From: Laetmonice hystrix
Lineage: Eukaryota
Assembly (NCBI GenBank): GCA_965235115.1
Contig: OZ249436.1
Span: forward strand, 48,982,001 to 49,046,000
Direction: 5' to 3'
DNA: 64,000 nt
This document shows, in pieces, positions 1 through 12,590 of the stretch. The first letter of the stretch is position 1, and each line of letters opens with the position of its first letter. The notes below the pieces were generated by a model. The model was given only the letters and a program-made list of their open reading frames with translations. It was not told the origin of the DNA and made no database searches. The position numbers and the translations under genes are program-made.

Positions 1-564
1 GGGAATTCCTAGCTATATCCTATGTGAATAGAGAAAGGTCTAAGGGGTCCAACAAATTTATTTACAATTTAGATATACCCCAAATACGGAAGGAACTATT
101 AAAGGATAGTGGAACTATTTTTTGCACGAAGTTATCCATTGTTTACGAGTGGTGTAATAGGGTGTTTACTCGGGTCACCAAAACAAGGGGACTTTCCGAC
201 ATTTCGCCACTGTGACACAAGATCAATGCCTCAAACTTGCTCTATAGTCGCAAAACATGTTAAACTCGACACCTGTCAAGTCTACATATTATTTACTGAA
301 CGAAGGTGGGTGTAATTTGCCGGGATTGCCTTGAGTCGACAGCGATCACAGCGGCCAGGTTTTCTGGGTCATCACGAAAAACACGTGTTAAACATCAAAA
401 TCCAAGTAGGCCCCCAGGTCATGAATATTTATATCAAGTGGTGGCAGAGATGTTATATCCAGACAGCAGTGACATCTTGCGGCGGAGAGTGTGTCTTTCC
501 TTCCCACCTATTTGCTTGCCTCCAAAGTCAATCTCCTGGCTTTCCTTCTTTCGTGAAGGTGAGG

Positions 565-695
565 AATTGCCTGTGAAGGCAATCAATTAACTAAGGAGGC
601 AAAGAATTAGATGAAAAGGCAACTAATTGCCTGTGAAGGCAATGAATTAACTGAGGAGGCAAATAATTAGATGAAAAGGCAACTAATGACTGTGA
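565..695. repeat. ~60-bp tandem repeat, ~2.2 copies
   Basis: AATTGCCTGTGAAGGCAAT..AATTAGATGAAAAGGCAACT recurs at 565 and 625. Confidence 0.8.
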
Positions 696-1494
696 AGCGA
701 AATAGGCCTAACTTTCTCTAAAGACAAAGAATCACACTGTGAAGCTATAGAATTTAACTGTGAAACGAAGGACTGTAAAGCGAAGGAATTTCACTGTGAA
801 GTCAAGGAATTGCATGTGAAGTACAATTTGTACTTCTGGACCACCGTAGTATGGAATTGGGGACAGGTCACTGGTACCTTTGACATGCCCCGGTTGGCGA
901 TCTAAACCTCTCTGACGCCTACATCCTACATCCTCGTAAGGTGCTGGGTTTCCCCAGGGCCCCGACACCGGGAATACCCATCATCCACTTATGACCTTAA
1001 TATTTCCCCGAGCTGGAAGGCCCCCTATCGGGTGGACATGACAACACATTGTCGAACTGCGACAAAGAGTACTTACATGAGACGAAAATTAAAATTCTGT
1101 CAATTGGTCACTTGGACACAGTCACTTTTAATGTTGGTCTCATGGTTTTTTTTGTTTTTTTTTTATTCACATTGTTTACCCTGGAAGCGGATCAGGCAAC
1201 GCCTGTTCTTCCCCCGTTGCCAGCTATATAGCCTACATTTGATCTATGTTCGAAATTCATTTTTGAAGATTGCGATACCTAGTCAGAGTGCAGGATGAGA
1301 TGGGATGGGGTGGTATGATTTGGGTTACAGGGGTGAAAGACATTATATACAATAGTAAAGTGTCATAATTATGATTGCATTGTGGCTGACCCCTATGTGG
1401 TTGGAACAATTTTCAAATCTCAAATCTGGTTGACAAATTCATGCGACTAGATCTGTAAGGACTATCAATTAGAGATCGGCTTTAGATGTTAAGG

Positions 1495-1752
1495 ATATGA
1501 AGGTGTTATTCGCGCCTCAACATGCGGCTTCAACGACGGAAAGGTGAGAGTCTGGCGTCGCAATGGAACTGCACTGGAACCGTCAAATCTGTCCTAAGTT
1601 TGTCGGCAAGAAACGTATTCCATGATGGTCTGGGGTTGCATTATATTCTTTGGAGTCAGTGAACGTGAGGCAACATGAACCACCAATATTACATCGATAT
1701 TCTGGAGCAGAATATGCTACAATCGATTGCGAACACTCTAGGCGACCGAGAG
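1495..1752 (+). pseudogene. Decayed Tc1/mariner-type transposase fragment
   Basis: From 1526 reads GFNDGKVRVWRRNG...NLS*VCRQETYSMMVWGCIIFFGV, then frameshifts to GNMNHQYYIDILEQNML (1669). These are Tc1-type DDE-domain motifs with an in-frame stop and a frameshift. A Tc1/mariner-like end TACAGGGTG lies at ~1780. Confidence 0.75.
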
Positions 1753-2196
1753 GCCACTCTTAAAGGACCACCCAGAATATACAGGGTGTATATATAAAAA
1801 AAAGTATACACTCAGAAAAATGAACAAGAAACGGACCTTTCATTATTTTCAGCGAATCTGTCCGGACATGTATCACATTCGCTTCGGATCTCTTGCCTCA
1901 CCTCCACCCCCACCCCCAATAATAATATGCTTCCGTTGCCCCCGTTCCGCGGTTGCCCCCCCCCCCTCTCCCCCGTAGACACTGCGACTAAACACCGAAA
2001 CCGACCTATCGAAAGCAGGCTGAGGTTGGGCCTGCCCCATCCATTAGAATGTATGCCACCAACCAGGAAGAATTTGTATCAAAACTTTGCTATAGGCGAT
2101 CGTGTTTGATGTTTTTTATTCCCATGTCCATGAGAGTCTGCCTGCAGCTCTGAGTGTAATGTGCACTGGTGCGAAGCGTTTCCGGATGACCTATCT

Positions 2197-2350
2197 CAGT
2201 GGCGGATGCGGGGGGAGTAGTGAGTTTACCCACCCCCCCTTTGGAACGAATTTGTCTTTTTCCCCCATGAACCGAACTTTCTGAATTGACCATGCTGACA
2301 CCCCCCCCCCCCCCCCAAAAAAAAAAGAAGCAAATCCTGGATCCGTCCCT
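2197..2350. mobile_element. MITE with CAGTGGCGGAT...ATCCGTCCCTG termini
   Basis: Imperfect terminal inverted repeats; internal GAACTTTCTGAATT(G/A)ACCATGCT shared with the copy at 28340-28571. Confidence 0.65.
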
Positions 2351-2444
2351 GTACATTGTAGTAATATTTGGAGTCGAAAGAAAATGGATGGAAGAGACAA
2401 ATTCCTCAGATAGATTTTGTTGAATAGTGAAAATTAACTTGTGC

Positions 2445-2787
2445 GGTGGGTTCATGAAGGGAGTGGGAGGGCTCATTATGGTCCCTTGTCCCAACATCAC
2501 TGTCCTGTTAGTGTAGTCCAACATAGATCTAGTAGGTGGGTTCATGGAGGGAGTGGGGGGTGGTCCCTTGTCCCAACATCACTGACCTGTTAGTGTAGTC
2601 CAACATAGATCTAGTAGGTGGGTTCATGGAGGGAGTGGGAGGTCTCATGGTCCCTTGTGCCAACATCACTGTCCTGTTAGTGTAGTCCAACATAGATCTA
2701 GTAGGTGGGTTCATGGAGGGAGTGGGAGGTCTCATGGTCCCTTGTGCCAACATCACTGTCCTGTTAGTGTAGTCCAACATAGATCTA
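2445..2787. repeat. ~87-bp minisatellite, ~4 copies
   Basis: GGTGGGTTCATGGAGGGAGTGGG...CAACATCACTGTCCTGTTAGTGTAGTCCAACATAGATCTA repeated. Confidence 0.9.
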
Positions 2788-2961
2788 CGCCTAGTGACAA
2801 CGACTGGTGGTATCATTATCACCTCTGTAGTTATCAACTGTCCGCCTAATTATACAGAAGTAAAGAAGGCATACATGAACCAAGGCGCAAGGACAACTCA
2901 AGCGTAGCCATCGTCATGGTTGTGAATACACTTGTCTTGGCCTGCAAACACAGTGAACTCC

Positions 2962-3085
2962 CAATCTAATTAAAATTAGATCTTAGTTATTTCGCATGCG
3001 CTCCATACTATGGAGCGCAGACAGTACTGACACAGCCGAGAGAGACGCGGAATAGGCCTACCAAGATCTAATTTTAATTAGATTG
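2962..3085. mobile_element. Small MITE / foldback with perfect 23-bp inverted ends
   Basis: CAATCTAATTAAAATTAGATCTT (2962-2984) and its exact reverse complement (3063-3085); internal hairpin TGCGCTCCATA-C-TATGGAGCGCA. Confidence 0.7.
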
Positions 3086-3361
3086 ACTGAACCACCAGAT
3101 AGTGCCCCATTCGCTGGCTTCGATTTTGGTTTCATTCCGAATTTTCAATTCTATATTTCTTAAATCTGCGCCGACGGGCAAACAAAATATCGACGCTTTA
3201 ACAAACAAGAGGACTACAACTGATGCAGGTTGTTGTTCTTTTCATCCTATTCTTGGATACACACTATTTGTTACACTCTCTTAACTAAAATAAATCAAAA
3301 ATGGGGTTGTGACATATTCGATATTACAGATATTATAAATATTACAAAGTGAGCTCTTTGC

Positions 3362-3401
3362 CCTCTCTCTCTGTCTGTCTCCGTCTCTCTATCTCTGTAT
3401 G

Positions 3402-3445
<44 letters not shown>

Positions 3446-3458
3446 CCCACCCTCTCTC
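3362..3458. repeat. (CT)n microsatellite
   Basis: Long CT dinucleotide run just downstream of the LRR gene stop codon. Confidence 0.95.
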
Positions 3459-3573
3459 TTTACTTACTTTCTCTCTAGAACTAATTTTCTAAGCGCTGAC
3501 GTTTTCTGGTTTACACTAAACCATGCAAATAAACTGGTTGCCAGGGTGTTTAGAAGATACACAACCAGGAAGG

Positions 3574-6500
3574 CTATATTTTGCGTGGATCCTTAAACTC
3601 ATTTAAACTTAAAACCTCGCCAGGTTTCATTGCAGATAATGCTTCTATACGTGGATTGTCCGGATCATACTTACTGAATCTAGCATTCCGCTTGATCCAA
3701 ACTCGTCCCTTGTCGGTGTGGTGCACATTGCTACCTGCAGCTGCAGGTATTGGACCATTGGAGTTAGACCCATTAAACCTAACCCAAATACATACACACA
3801 GCAGAACTACAAAGGTTACAAATACAGACCCCCCAACAACCCCTGCGGTTATTGCAACCACTTTGATATTTTTAGAAGAAACTTGGGGTGGTTGAGAATC
3901 GGAGGTGGTACTTTCTGGATTATTCCCAGCAACTGGTTCTGTCGTCGTCATGTCGTCTAATTGCCGCTCAGTCACTGTTACAGATTCTGATCTCGTCGTT
4001 TCATCTTTCTGATCAGTCACTGGTGCCGTCATTGTTGTAATCATCGAATCACAAACTGTGAAATCAACGGAGGAAAGAGAAACCTGACGACGGAGAACTC
4101 CGTGAATGTTGAGCTCAGCGCAACTTACTGAAGCATGGTCTGAAACATTTGTCAGGACCCAGCGCTGGAAGCTGGGTCCAGACTCACAATCACACCTCCA
4201 CTGGTTGGCAGACAGAAACAACAGTCGTAATGAGGGGACAGTGAGTCCTGCAGCAAGAGGATCCAACGTTATCAATCTGTTATTGGTCAGATTAAGTGTC
4301 CTTAATGAAGTGAGTTCTTTAAACGTACCATTACCAACGTCACGTATCTCGTTAGAGCTTAAATCCAACTGCACGAGTCCAACTACCCCTGCGAAGTGCG
4401 TCGAGTCAAGATGAGACAGCCGATTTTGTGAAAGATCCAGTTGGGATAAATTTGCAAGTTTTTGGAAGGCGTAAGACTCTATATCAACTACACTGCTGTT
4501 TCTTATGCGCAGCTGACGAATGGAAGCAAGTTTGTCGAATGTATCCTTTCTAATCACCTGCAGATTATTATCATCGAGAACGAGAATGCTTGCACTGGGA
4601 GGGATTTTCGATGGCACTATGGTCAGTCCTTGGCTACATGCAACAATGTTGATAGAGCGGTCGTAGTTATAGCGGCACTGACACATGGGTGGACAAGCCA
4701 CGGAACACTCGCATGTAGATGAGTCAGGACAACAGGAGCATTGCTCAGGATAACATTCCTCAGTGTACGAACAAAAAATATTCTTTCTGTTTGCAAGTGC
4801 TGCAAGTAGAAAATTCCGGCCTAACAGCTGGACAGTGCTGCCAGAGCACATGGTCCGGGCCAACCCAGACTGTACGCGGGTCAGACATGAACAAGTCAGG
4901 GTATTACCTGTCAAAATGAAACGTAACTTAGTCGTGTTAGGGGAGAACGCTATTGATGCGGGAGAAAAGGCAGTCAGATTATTGTACGAGAGGTCCACCA
5001 GGTTGAGGTAGGGTTTTGCCAAGAAAGTTGCGTACCCTATGTAACGTATGTTGTTAGAGGATGCATTGATATTCCTCAGTGATGAGGGAAACGATCTATA
5101 ATCCAGAATCTCGAGGCGATTAAACGACAGGTCAACAGTTTCCAGATTTGGCGTGTATAAAAAAGCATCAGTTATATTTAAAATGAAGTTAATCCGGAGA
5201 TTTATGCGTGACAGTTTTGTAAGACCTCGGAGAGCTTGTGGCTGAAGGCGTTGAATCGCGTTCTTGCTTAAAACTAACGATTCCAACTGTGCATTATATA
5301 GAAAACCATCATCAGGAATCGAGGTGATCCGGTTATCTCCCACATTAAGCAGCTCAAGATTTGTCAATGCAGATATTCCATTGGGAATTTGTGTGAGGTA
5401 ATTTCTGAAAAGGAAGAGTCTTCTTACTTTTGGTATCTCGAGGAATGCACCATCCTCCACGGCATAGATTTCATTGATCGCCAAAGAGAGATACTTCAAA
5501 TTTAGTAGTCCTTCAAACGTCTTCTCCATGATATTTGTTATATTATTGAGTTGCAGGAGAAGAATAGACAGATTGCCACAGTGTTTGAATGCTCCATCTT
5601 CAATCGTTTTGACTCCACTGGACCGAAGAAACAGAACTTCCAGACCGCTCATACTCCGAAACATGTTGACATGTATCTTTGGCATAGCATTCTCGGATAG
5701 GTCAAGCCGTTTAAGTCCTTGAAGATTCCGTAGAAAAACAATTTCAGGCCCATCCGTTATCAAGTTCTGGGATAAGTCCAGTATTTCTATACTCTTTGTG
5801 TACAAGAAAAGATCATTGGGTAAACCAGACAGTTTATTGTTTGCTGCGATGACAAGCTGCAGATTTGGAACATATCTGAATTGATCCTCGGAGAAGGTCA
5901 GCAGTTCATTGAAAGATACATCGATGATTTCCAGTTCAACAAGTCCGTGAAAAACCTCTTCGCCCAAAGTTGTCATTAGATTATTATTCATACGGAACGA
6001 TTTCAAGCTTGGCATACTGTCGTTAATTTTAAGTTGAAATGTGTCGATTTGATTCTTGGAGAGATCGAGGACCTCAAGGTGAGGCAGACAGGGCCGGCAA
6101 TTTGTAGCATTGTCATCTGATACAATACATCTTAATCCAAGGTCATCCTGCTTTGTAAACAGGTTAGAAGAAACATTCAGGTACTTTAGTCCCTGCAGTT
6201 CACATATGTATTCCTTTGGTAACTGATAAAATCTACTATTACTAACATCCAAGGCTGTTAAATTTGTAAGAGGAAGTACCCATTTGTTGATTCCATGGGA
6301 GATCGAGCCACCCGATATGATGAGAGCTTTCAACGAGGACAATCCGGAGAAGGCGAACGGCGTCACGTTGCCCAGAGTGCAGTTTACGAAGCGAAGTAAT
6401 TCTAGGCGTGTCAGAGTCTGAAAAAAGTTATCCCCCAATTCTCCAACTTCATCGGTCGTGCATATAATCGCCAGCTGCACAGTCCGGGTCTCGTCAAATA

Positions 6501-6687
6501 TATCAAAGTTAACAGCAGGCTGCAGCTTCTCGAGTCTGCAGACGACAAACCACGAGTTGGTACGCTTTGGCAACGGGCCGCATCGGCAACCCGACGGGCA
6601 CGTGAACCGCTGGCATGTTGATCCCAAGAAACAGGCGCAAAATACGCAGATAGAAAACCACACTCCACAGATGGATGTCCCCGCCAT
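3574..6687 (-). CDS. Toll-like (multiple-cysteine-cluster type) LRR transmembrane protein lacking a TIR domain, ~1037 aa, single coding exon
   Basis: Long ORF. Preferred start aaaATGG at 6687 gives signal peptide MAGTSICGVWFSICVFCACFLGSTC. Then LRRNT (CPSGCRC), ~20 LRRs, internal Cys cluster (CSY..CYPEQCSCC..CECSVACPPMCQC), further LRRs, LRRCT (NQWRCDC), S/T-rich stalk, TM (VVAITAGVVGGSVFVTFVVLLCVCIWV) and a ~65-aa tail. Confidence 0.9.
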   Translation of the reverse strand: MAGTSICGVWFSICVFCACFLGSTCQRFTCPSGCRCGPLPKRTNSWFVVCRLEKLQPAVNFDIFDETRTVQLAIICTTDEVGELGDNFFQTLTRLELLRFVNCTLGNVTPFAFSGLSSLKALIISGGSISHGINKWVLPLTNLTALDVSNSRFYQLPKEYICELQGLKYLNVSSNLFTKQDDLGLRCIVSDDNATNCRPCLPHLEVLDLSKNQIDTFQLKINDSMPSLKSFRMNNNLMTTLGEEVFHGLVELEIIDVSFNELLTFSEDQFRYVPNLQLVIAANNKLSGLPNDLFLYTKSIEILDLSQNLITDGPEIVFLRNLQGLKRLDLSENAMPKIHVNMFRSMSGLEVLFLRSSGVKTIEDGAFKHCGNLSILLLQLNNITNIMEKTFEGLLNLKYLSLAINEIYAVEDGAFLEIPKVRRLFLFRNYLTQIPNGISALTNLELLNVGDNRITSIPDDGFLYNAQLESLVLSKNAIQRLQPQALRGLTKLSRINLRINFILNITDAFLYTPNLETVDLSFNRLEILDYRSFPSSLRNINASSNNIRYIGYATFLAKPYLNLVDLSYNNLTAFSPASIAFSPNTTKLRFILTGNTLTCSCLTRVQSGLARTMCSGSTVQLLGRNFLLAALANRKNIFCSYTEECYPEQCSCCPDSSTCECSVACPPMCQCRYNYDRSINIVACSQGLTIVPSKIPPSASILVLDDNNLQVIRKDTFDKLASIRQLRIRNSSVVDIESYAFQKLANLSQLDLSQNRLSHLDSTHFAGVVGLVQLDLSSNEIRDVGNGTFKELTSLRTLNLTNNRLITLDPLAAGLTVPSLRLLFLSANQWRCDCESGPSFQRWVLTNVSDHASVSCAELNIHGVLRRQVSLSSVDFTVCDSMITTMTAPVTDQKDETTRSESVTVTERQLDDMTTTEPVAGNNPESTTSDSQPPQVSSKNIKVVAITAGVVGGSVFVTFVVLLCVCIWVRFNGSNSNGPIPAAAGSNVHHTDKGRVWIKRNARFSKYDPDNPRIEALSAMKPGEVLSLNEFKDPRKI

Positions 6688-8933
6688 TTTCACATCTCGG
6701 TGTCTCATAAACGTATAGGTCGTGAATCCGTAGGGTTGTCGCTTGTCTTTGACCAAGATGATAATCACGCAGTACCGAGGTCTTTTTTTTATCCTGATGG
6801 CCCAGGCTACACTGGCGCGGAGTTGTGACAGTAGCTCGATGCGGACGGCACGTCACACTGTGCAACGGGCCAACTGTTCCGCTCTGGTTCATTGTATATT
6901 ATTTTCCTGGAGTACTTCTTGATATAGGCCATCTGCTGTCTCTAATACAGCAATCCTTTTAGCTGGTGACTAGGGCCAACGACAGCGAACCATGGTGTAG
7001 ACCATGCGAACCAATCGAGGCGAAAAGATCGTACGACTCCTGTACGCTGTATTTTCCGCATACTCGACTTGTCAGAGTTAAATCTCTGTTTTGTACAAGT
7101 TCTGTTGTCAAGCATACCTCTAGAACCCGACGATTTAGTCTGTTCTCGTAGGGGTTGCAGTATTGCGCACCGTCAGCCTCATGAGCAAAAAGTCTTCATG
7201 TGTCTAATTTTCTCGTTACCTCTGATTGTAACTTATTTAATGTGTGTATGTCTAGATTTATTGTAGCTCACTCGTTGTGGGTGGGTTTATCTCCCCACAT
7301 CTTTACAACATTCAGAGTGTGTGTTCTAATCTATTCCATATAAAAGGGGGATTTCCACCGTCATCTCTAGGGAACTTTGAACAATGACGTGGGGGACCTC
7401 CCTCTCGGTCAGTGTGAGGAGAGAGTATGAGATGGTATCAGTAAATACCTTATTGTGTCATTGAAATGACCTTCACACAACACATCGTGAGTCTCGTGCA
7501 TCCTTTGTGAACGAGCTAGGTCCTTCTCGCAACTACGCATCTTACTGGTTCTACCACGGTCTGGTTACTTCAAGGGAGTGTATAATCCGACGAATCGACC
7601 AGAATCTTCAGATTTATGCTCACCTATATACTCACCATTGACGTACTTCATGGCACTCAATCTTTTTCACATTTATTCTGGTAACACATGCTGTGAAATC
7701 CCCCCTGATGGTGAAAAAAAATTAAAAAAACTAGCTGGAGTGCAGGCTAAGACGATGAATGCCGCCATTTGCAATCGTTTAAACGCTGTGTTGTATGGGG
7801 TAGAGCACAAGGAATGAATGTAGTCCCAGATTTCGTGAAAAAAATATCCGTGATTTTCCAGAGAATACTGCTGATAATATTCAAACATCTATATACGTGC
7901 ATGGCGAATACTGACAGAAGAGCTTCAAATTTGTACAGCCCATAATTTGCATAGCCGTGTGCGTAGGAATATGAAAAAACAACTCCCGGGGTTTCGGAAG
8001 CCAAGTAAGTCGTTTTAAGTGCATGACTAAAATAAGACTGGGCGACTTTCGTAATTTATTTTACATAATGCGCGCCAGCCCCACATAGAAAGATAGGGGA
8101 GTTTTGAATCATATCCGAGAACTGCAATGCAGATTTTTTTTGTGAAATGCCACGCATGACTTGAAATTCGTGCGATATTATCTTTAATTATATCAGTCGC
8201 TCTATAAATTTATGTGCAGGCGTGGAACCGCCTGAATGTGTCCAGTTTATGTGTCCCGCTGCAAACGGACTCCTTTCTCTGGCCGTCGGCTGGCTGACAG
8301 CAATCAACACCAGATTGTATAGATTGTGCACGTGTAGCAAATTGACCTATTACAAGTACTCATACCGACAGCACTGGGCAGGCTTAATGTCCATGTGGTT
8401 TCAATGATTGCTATTTGTTCACAGGTCGGAGAGAGTCGGGGAAAGGTTTACAGCATCCAATGGGTTTTGTTGACACAAGGGGCTTGGAATGCGCAATGGC
8501 AAAGAGCCGGTCAGTGGGTGGAAGTTACTTCTAACCTGAGTTTATTTATTCTGTACATTTACAGAAGGGTTCCTGATAAAGCATTGACCTACGACAAGAC
8601 TATATATTGGCACTGTACGCTGACTTGATGTGAAGAAACGTACGGACAACTGTTCCTGTGTTTTGCTGGTTGGTTGTCATGCTGAAAGTGTTTCTCCTGG
8701 CCAGAAGATCGCACATGTTCCACTGGGAGAACTGCGAAGACTCCCGGCAGTAGTTTTACCAGGGTAAACATTTGGAAGAGACTGCCTATTGGTGGATTGT
8801 CCCTGCTTCATTTGGATATACATATCTTTGTGGTCTGGAGTCTACAGTGTAGGCTATATTGCATTAAACCGAGCGTTGTGTTTCGTACAAACGAAAGTTT
8901 CACGGATATAGCTTCCCAACAAAGTCAATTGTC

Positions 8934-10277
8934 ATGGGGTTACCTGACATCTTTGACGATCGCAATAAGCGGCCATCAAGACAGCAAATTCAGACAAGCT
9001 TCATAACCTCTGCCCTCTTTCACGCTGTCCAGACTTGTCGTTTAAAACGAGTAAAGGTTCTGCTTGAAAATAGGCCCAAACCGAACGTGATCAACGATTC
9101 TGGGCTGAACCTACTCATGGCCGCCTTGAGTATAGAGGACGATGAGAAAAGGAGAAAGATGTTTGGCTACCTGGTAAAGAAAGGAGTCGACCCTCATTAC
9201 GTGGAGAGGTCAACAGGTAGGACGGTCTTCAGTTGGGCGGTGTGTAGGAGTCGATCAGACCAGGTACGCTACCTACTGGAGATAACGGCCGGAGACCTGG
9301 ATCTTTTAGGTCAAGATAAAAACGGCCACACTGCCCTACACCACGCCTGTATACGAAACGACGTGAACATTGTGAGAATGATTGTACGCGCCATGCAGAA
9401 ATACCGCCTTCCGGTTGATATCTATGACAACCAAGGAATGACGCCATTACTGCACGCGAAACGACACGGCTACACGGCAGTGAGTGACGTACTGCTAGGT
9501 GAGGGTGAGGCATGTCCTCTCCAGGGGGACAAACACACGTTCAGGGGACCCGACACATGGGCCCTGGTCGGCGAGCACGAACGGCGCAAAAAGGAAAAAG
9601 ATGCGATGGAACAACAACTTTTGATACGTAAAATCGGTGGCCGTGTGATGCCATTTATGGGGAAACAAGTTTTACCGCCAATTATCATGAAGAGAAATGA
9701 TGGGAAAATTAGGGTTACTCAAAATCTGACGAATAATAAACTTTGGCGAAACCTGGATGAAACTTATGCGGTGTATAAACCAAGAATCAATAGGCCTACA
9801 CATGACTCTGGTGGAAGCACAATGGGAAGCAAACTTGGCGTGTCTAAGACCTTTCTTCTTGGCAGGCAGTCGCTAGACACAGCATTGACACTTCTAAAAG
9901 TGGCAGGAATGAGCAGCAACCATTTGAATAAAGAATTCGTGGCCAGCGAGTTTGATGTAAGCAAGAAAGCCGAATACGGGATGACATTAAATGTGACAGC
10001 AATAATGGACGCCCTGTCGGCGCAACACTCACCGGCCTTCCGTAAAAATGCAGTAGGCCTCAGCCAATTAAAGAGAAAGAGTCTTCCAATAAGAAAAGAG
10101 CCGCCCCAGAGAGACAAAATATCAACTCTTGCTATTTTACTTGGGAAACACCAAAAGCATTGTAGGTCGAGTCGAGAGCAAAAAAAGGTCAAAAATGCCA
10201 AAAGAAGGACCGGATGTCAGGTGATGAAAAAGAAAGGTTTGGTAGGTCTACCACCGATTTGTAAAAAGCGCATTTAG
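8934..10277 (+). CDS. Ankyrin-repeat protein, 447 aa (N-terminal ~5 ANK repeats, basic low-complexity C-terminus; ANKRD34/63-like layout)
   Basis: ANK motifs GLNLLMAA, GRTVFSWA, DKNGHTALHHAC, DNQGMTPLLHAK in one uninterrupted ORF. Confidence 0.88.
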   Translation: MGLPDIFDDRNKRPSRQQIQTSFITSALFHAVQTCRLKRVKVLLENRPKPNVINDSGLNLLMAALSIEDDEKRRKMFGYLVKKGVDPHYVERSTGRTVFSWAVCRSRSDQVRYLLEITAGDLDLLGQDKNGHTALHHACIRNDVNIVRMIVRAMQKYRLPVDIYDNQGMTPLLHAKRHGYTAVSDVLLGEGEACPLQGDKHTFRGPDTWALVGEHERRKKEKDAMEQQLLIRKIGGRVMPFMGKQVLPPIIMKRNDGKIRVTQNLTNNKLWRNLDETYAVYKPRINRPTHDSGGSTMGSKLGVSKTFLLGRQSLDTALTLLKVAGMSSNHLNKEFVASEFDVSKKAEYGMTLNVTAIMDALSAQHSPAFRKNAVGLSQLKRKSLPIRKEPPQRDKISTLAILLGKHQKHCRSSREQKKVKNAKRRTGCQVMKKKGLVGLPPICKKRI

Positions 10278-11296
10278 GGGGGGGGGTCCATTTTTCCCTT
10301 CAGCTGTAGGCTCGGTCAGTTGCTTGAAACTATTTTAAATCTTCTCACCACTATATCTCGAGACGCTCGCGTCGTAGAAATCTGAACCGCTGTTAAATAC
10401 TAAACATATCAAATGTCGTTCAAGGAACCACGTAGACATACATAGGTTGTGCACTTGAACATTTGAAGGTTGAATGTTTCAACCACAACATATGCCAATC
10501 TCGACTTCAGGGGGCCAGTCTAGACCTACAGACTTTTCAACATATGTACTTAGTTGTTGTAGACGTATTAACCTTCGCGATAATCGATCTTGTAAGGAGT
10601 CCAGAAACGGGCTAGAATGCTAGAATAATTGTCTGTGGCGTAAGGTCGAGCCTTTCGATATTGTAAAATAGTCGACCTTCTATAGGCAAATCTGTGGGTC
10701 TTCAGCCCCCATCATTTTTAAGGCGTTTAATTAGACAACAACGTTGTTGAACCTCTGCTGATTTATAAAGGCGCCACCAATCAGGAAGCTTCATCCAGAT
10801 GCTTTCGGTAGTATGTGAAATGATAAAATGATACGGACGCAGAATTATGAATTAAGGAGATATCTGATTGGTTGTTAAAAGTGCGTTAGTAATAACGGGA
10901 CCTTGTCCCAGAATAAGTTTCTCGCGGACGCTAGACCAGCGCTAATGACATCAATGAGTGCGCGGTGGTTGACCCTCTGGGTCATATCCAAATCTATGCT
11001 TGATGGAAAGGCTTTCTACTGTGATCGCTGAGAGTTGTATACATTGTAATTATATTTTCTTCATGAATAATAACAAAAGTGTAGTTGGTAGAGAAGAGAA
11101 CTTTATTGGAAGAACACATGTACTCTGAAATTATGCAACGTGGATTCTTAAAAACCATAAACCCTCCCCCACCAAAAAAATCACTGCTCCTTTTATTGTC
11201 GAAACTACTGATGATTGTTCCAGTGAATGCAAATGCGTATCTGCTGTGACGTCTCATGACACGGGTTCGACAAATCATCAGCTGATAGTTAGTGGG

Positions 11297-11563
11297 GGCA
11301 GCGGCGGATTCAGAATTCCAGCAAGGGGGGAGGGGGGCTTTTGGTGGTTAATCGGCGGGACATTTTCAGGGGGTCTGGGGTCCGTCCCCTACAATTCTGT
11401 TCAGCAACGCTAAAGACGTGTTTTCTGAACATATAGATTAGAAATTTTGTCCCAAATCTTTCAATGAAATGCATGAAACATAGAAAATTGGCAAGAATTT
11501 CGAAAATTGGGGGCCCGAGCGGCCGGGGCCGGGTGCCCCCCCCCCCCCCCGAATACGCCACTG
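11297..11563. mobile_element. MITE with CAGCGGCGGATTC...GAATACGCCACTG termini
   Basis: Imperfect TIRs of the same class as the 2197 and 28340 elements, with G-run and C-run subterminals. Confidence 0.55.
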
Positions 11564-12412
11564 GGAGGGGTTCAATGTTTCTTAATTAGGAACTAAAACG
11601 ATGTCACATTAACTTTGTAGAGAAGTGGATAATATCTACAATAAATTTGGTTGCCATCTATCATCTGGTAAAGCCACAAGAATGTCACCATTATTTTGTG
11701 TTTTTATGGGGAAAACGTATAGCTAGTGATAGAACAACGTATCGATCAGTATGTCTTCACTATTACGTCATAGATATGGGGCCTGGTCCCTAGGGACTGG
11801 CCCACATGTACATTAGTTCTAGTAAAACAAGGCTAGAAATAAGGCTAACAACACATTTCCTATCACCAAAGTCTAAGGCTTCCATAATTAAACTTGATTA
11901 CTGCCCAACACGCAACAGCAGGATTCATGGAAACACAACAAAATCACGTATGAAAGTGGTACGGCTAAGCATACGATAATTGATAAGATTACATTTATAC
12001 AGTCATACTCTCCTTTTGTTTTAATGATTCATTCTCTGCAAATACATTTTCCACAATATATCTTTATCTTCATACCCATACGTTATACTTGGTCAAATAA
12101 TTGTTACGAAAATGAAGGGAGGCCGGAAGTATGCCAATATCAGCAACTACGTCACCTTAAAGGGGTGTCAAGTTAAAATTTTTACACAAGTCAAAGTTAG
12201 AGGAACACCTGGGCAAACACTACTTGAACATTTTGTCTAACAAACAATTCATGGCCGCTGGCCCCCACCAGTGTTCCTGTGACCTGACCTGTGTCTCCAA
12301 ATAATCTGATTAAAACCAATACGATTCGTTGTCGTAAAAATTATGATGACCGACTACACATGCTACAATGTTTAAGAGATAAAGTTGAACCAGGGTTTGC
12401 GCTTGAGACCAG

Positions 12413-12588
12413 GCCCTGGTTTTTAGTTTGCAAACCGAGTCTTAAGATTCAAATCTTAAGACTAAACTCTTGTTTTAGAGCTTCTGATTGGTCCTTCAAA
12501 TGAAGTCCGCCAATGAAAGACAATAACACAAATCAGTCTTAAAATTCCAGTCTTAAGATTGGTAAAATGGCGAACTCAAAACCAGGCC
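12413..12588. mobile_element. PIF/Harbinger-like MITE
   Basis: TIRs GCCCTGGTTTTTAGTTTGC / GCGAACTCAAAACCAGGCC, flanked by CAG on both sides. Confidence 0.6.
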
Positions 12589-12590
12589 CA

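Noticed and set aside
6688..6768. ORF-track N-terminal extension of the LRR protein
   Set aside because: The ATG at 6687 has a good context and is directly followed by a signal peptide; upstream residues are probably UTR
3581..10201. Short antisense or alternative-frame ORFs over the LRR and ankyrin genes
   Set aside because: Shadow ORFs of real coding sequence with no independent features
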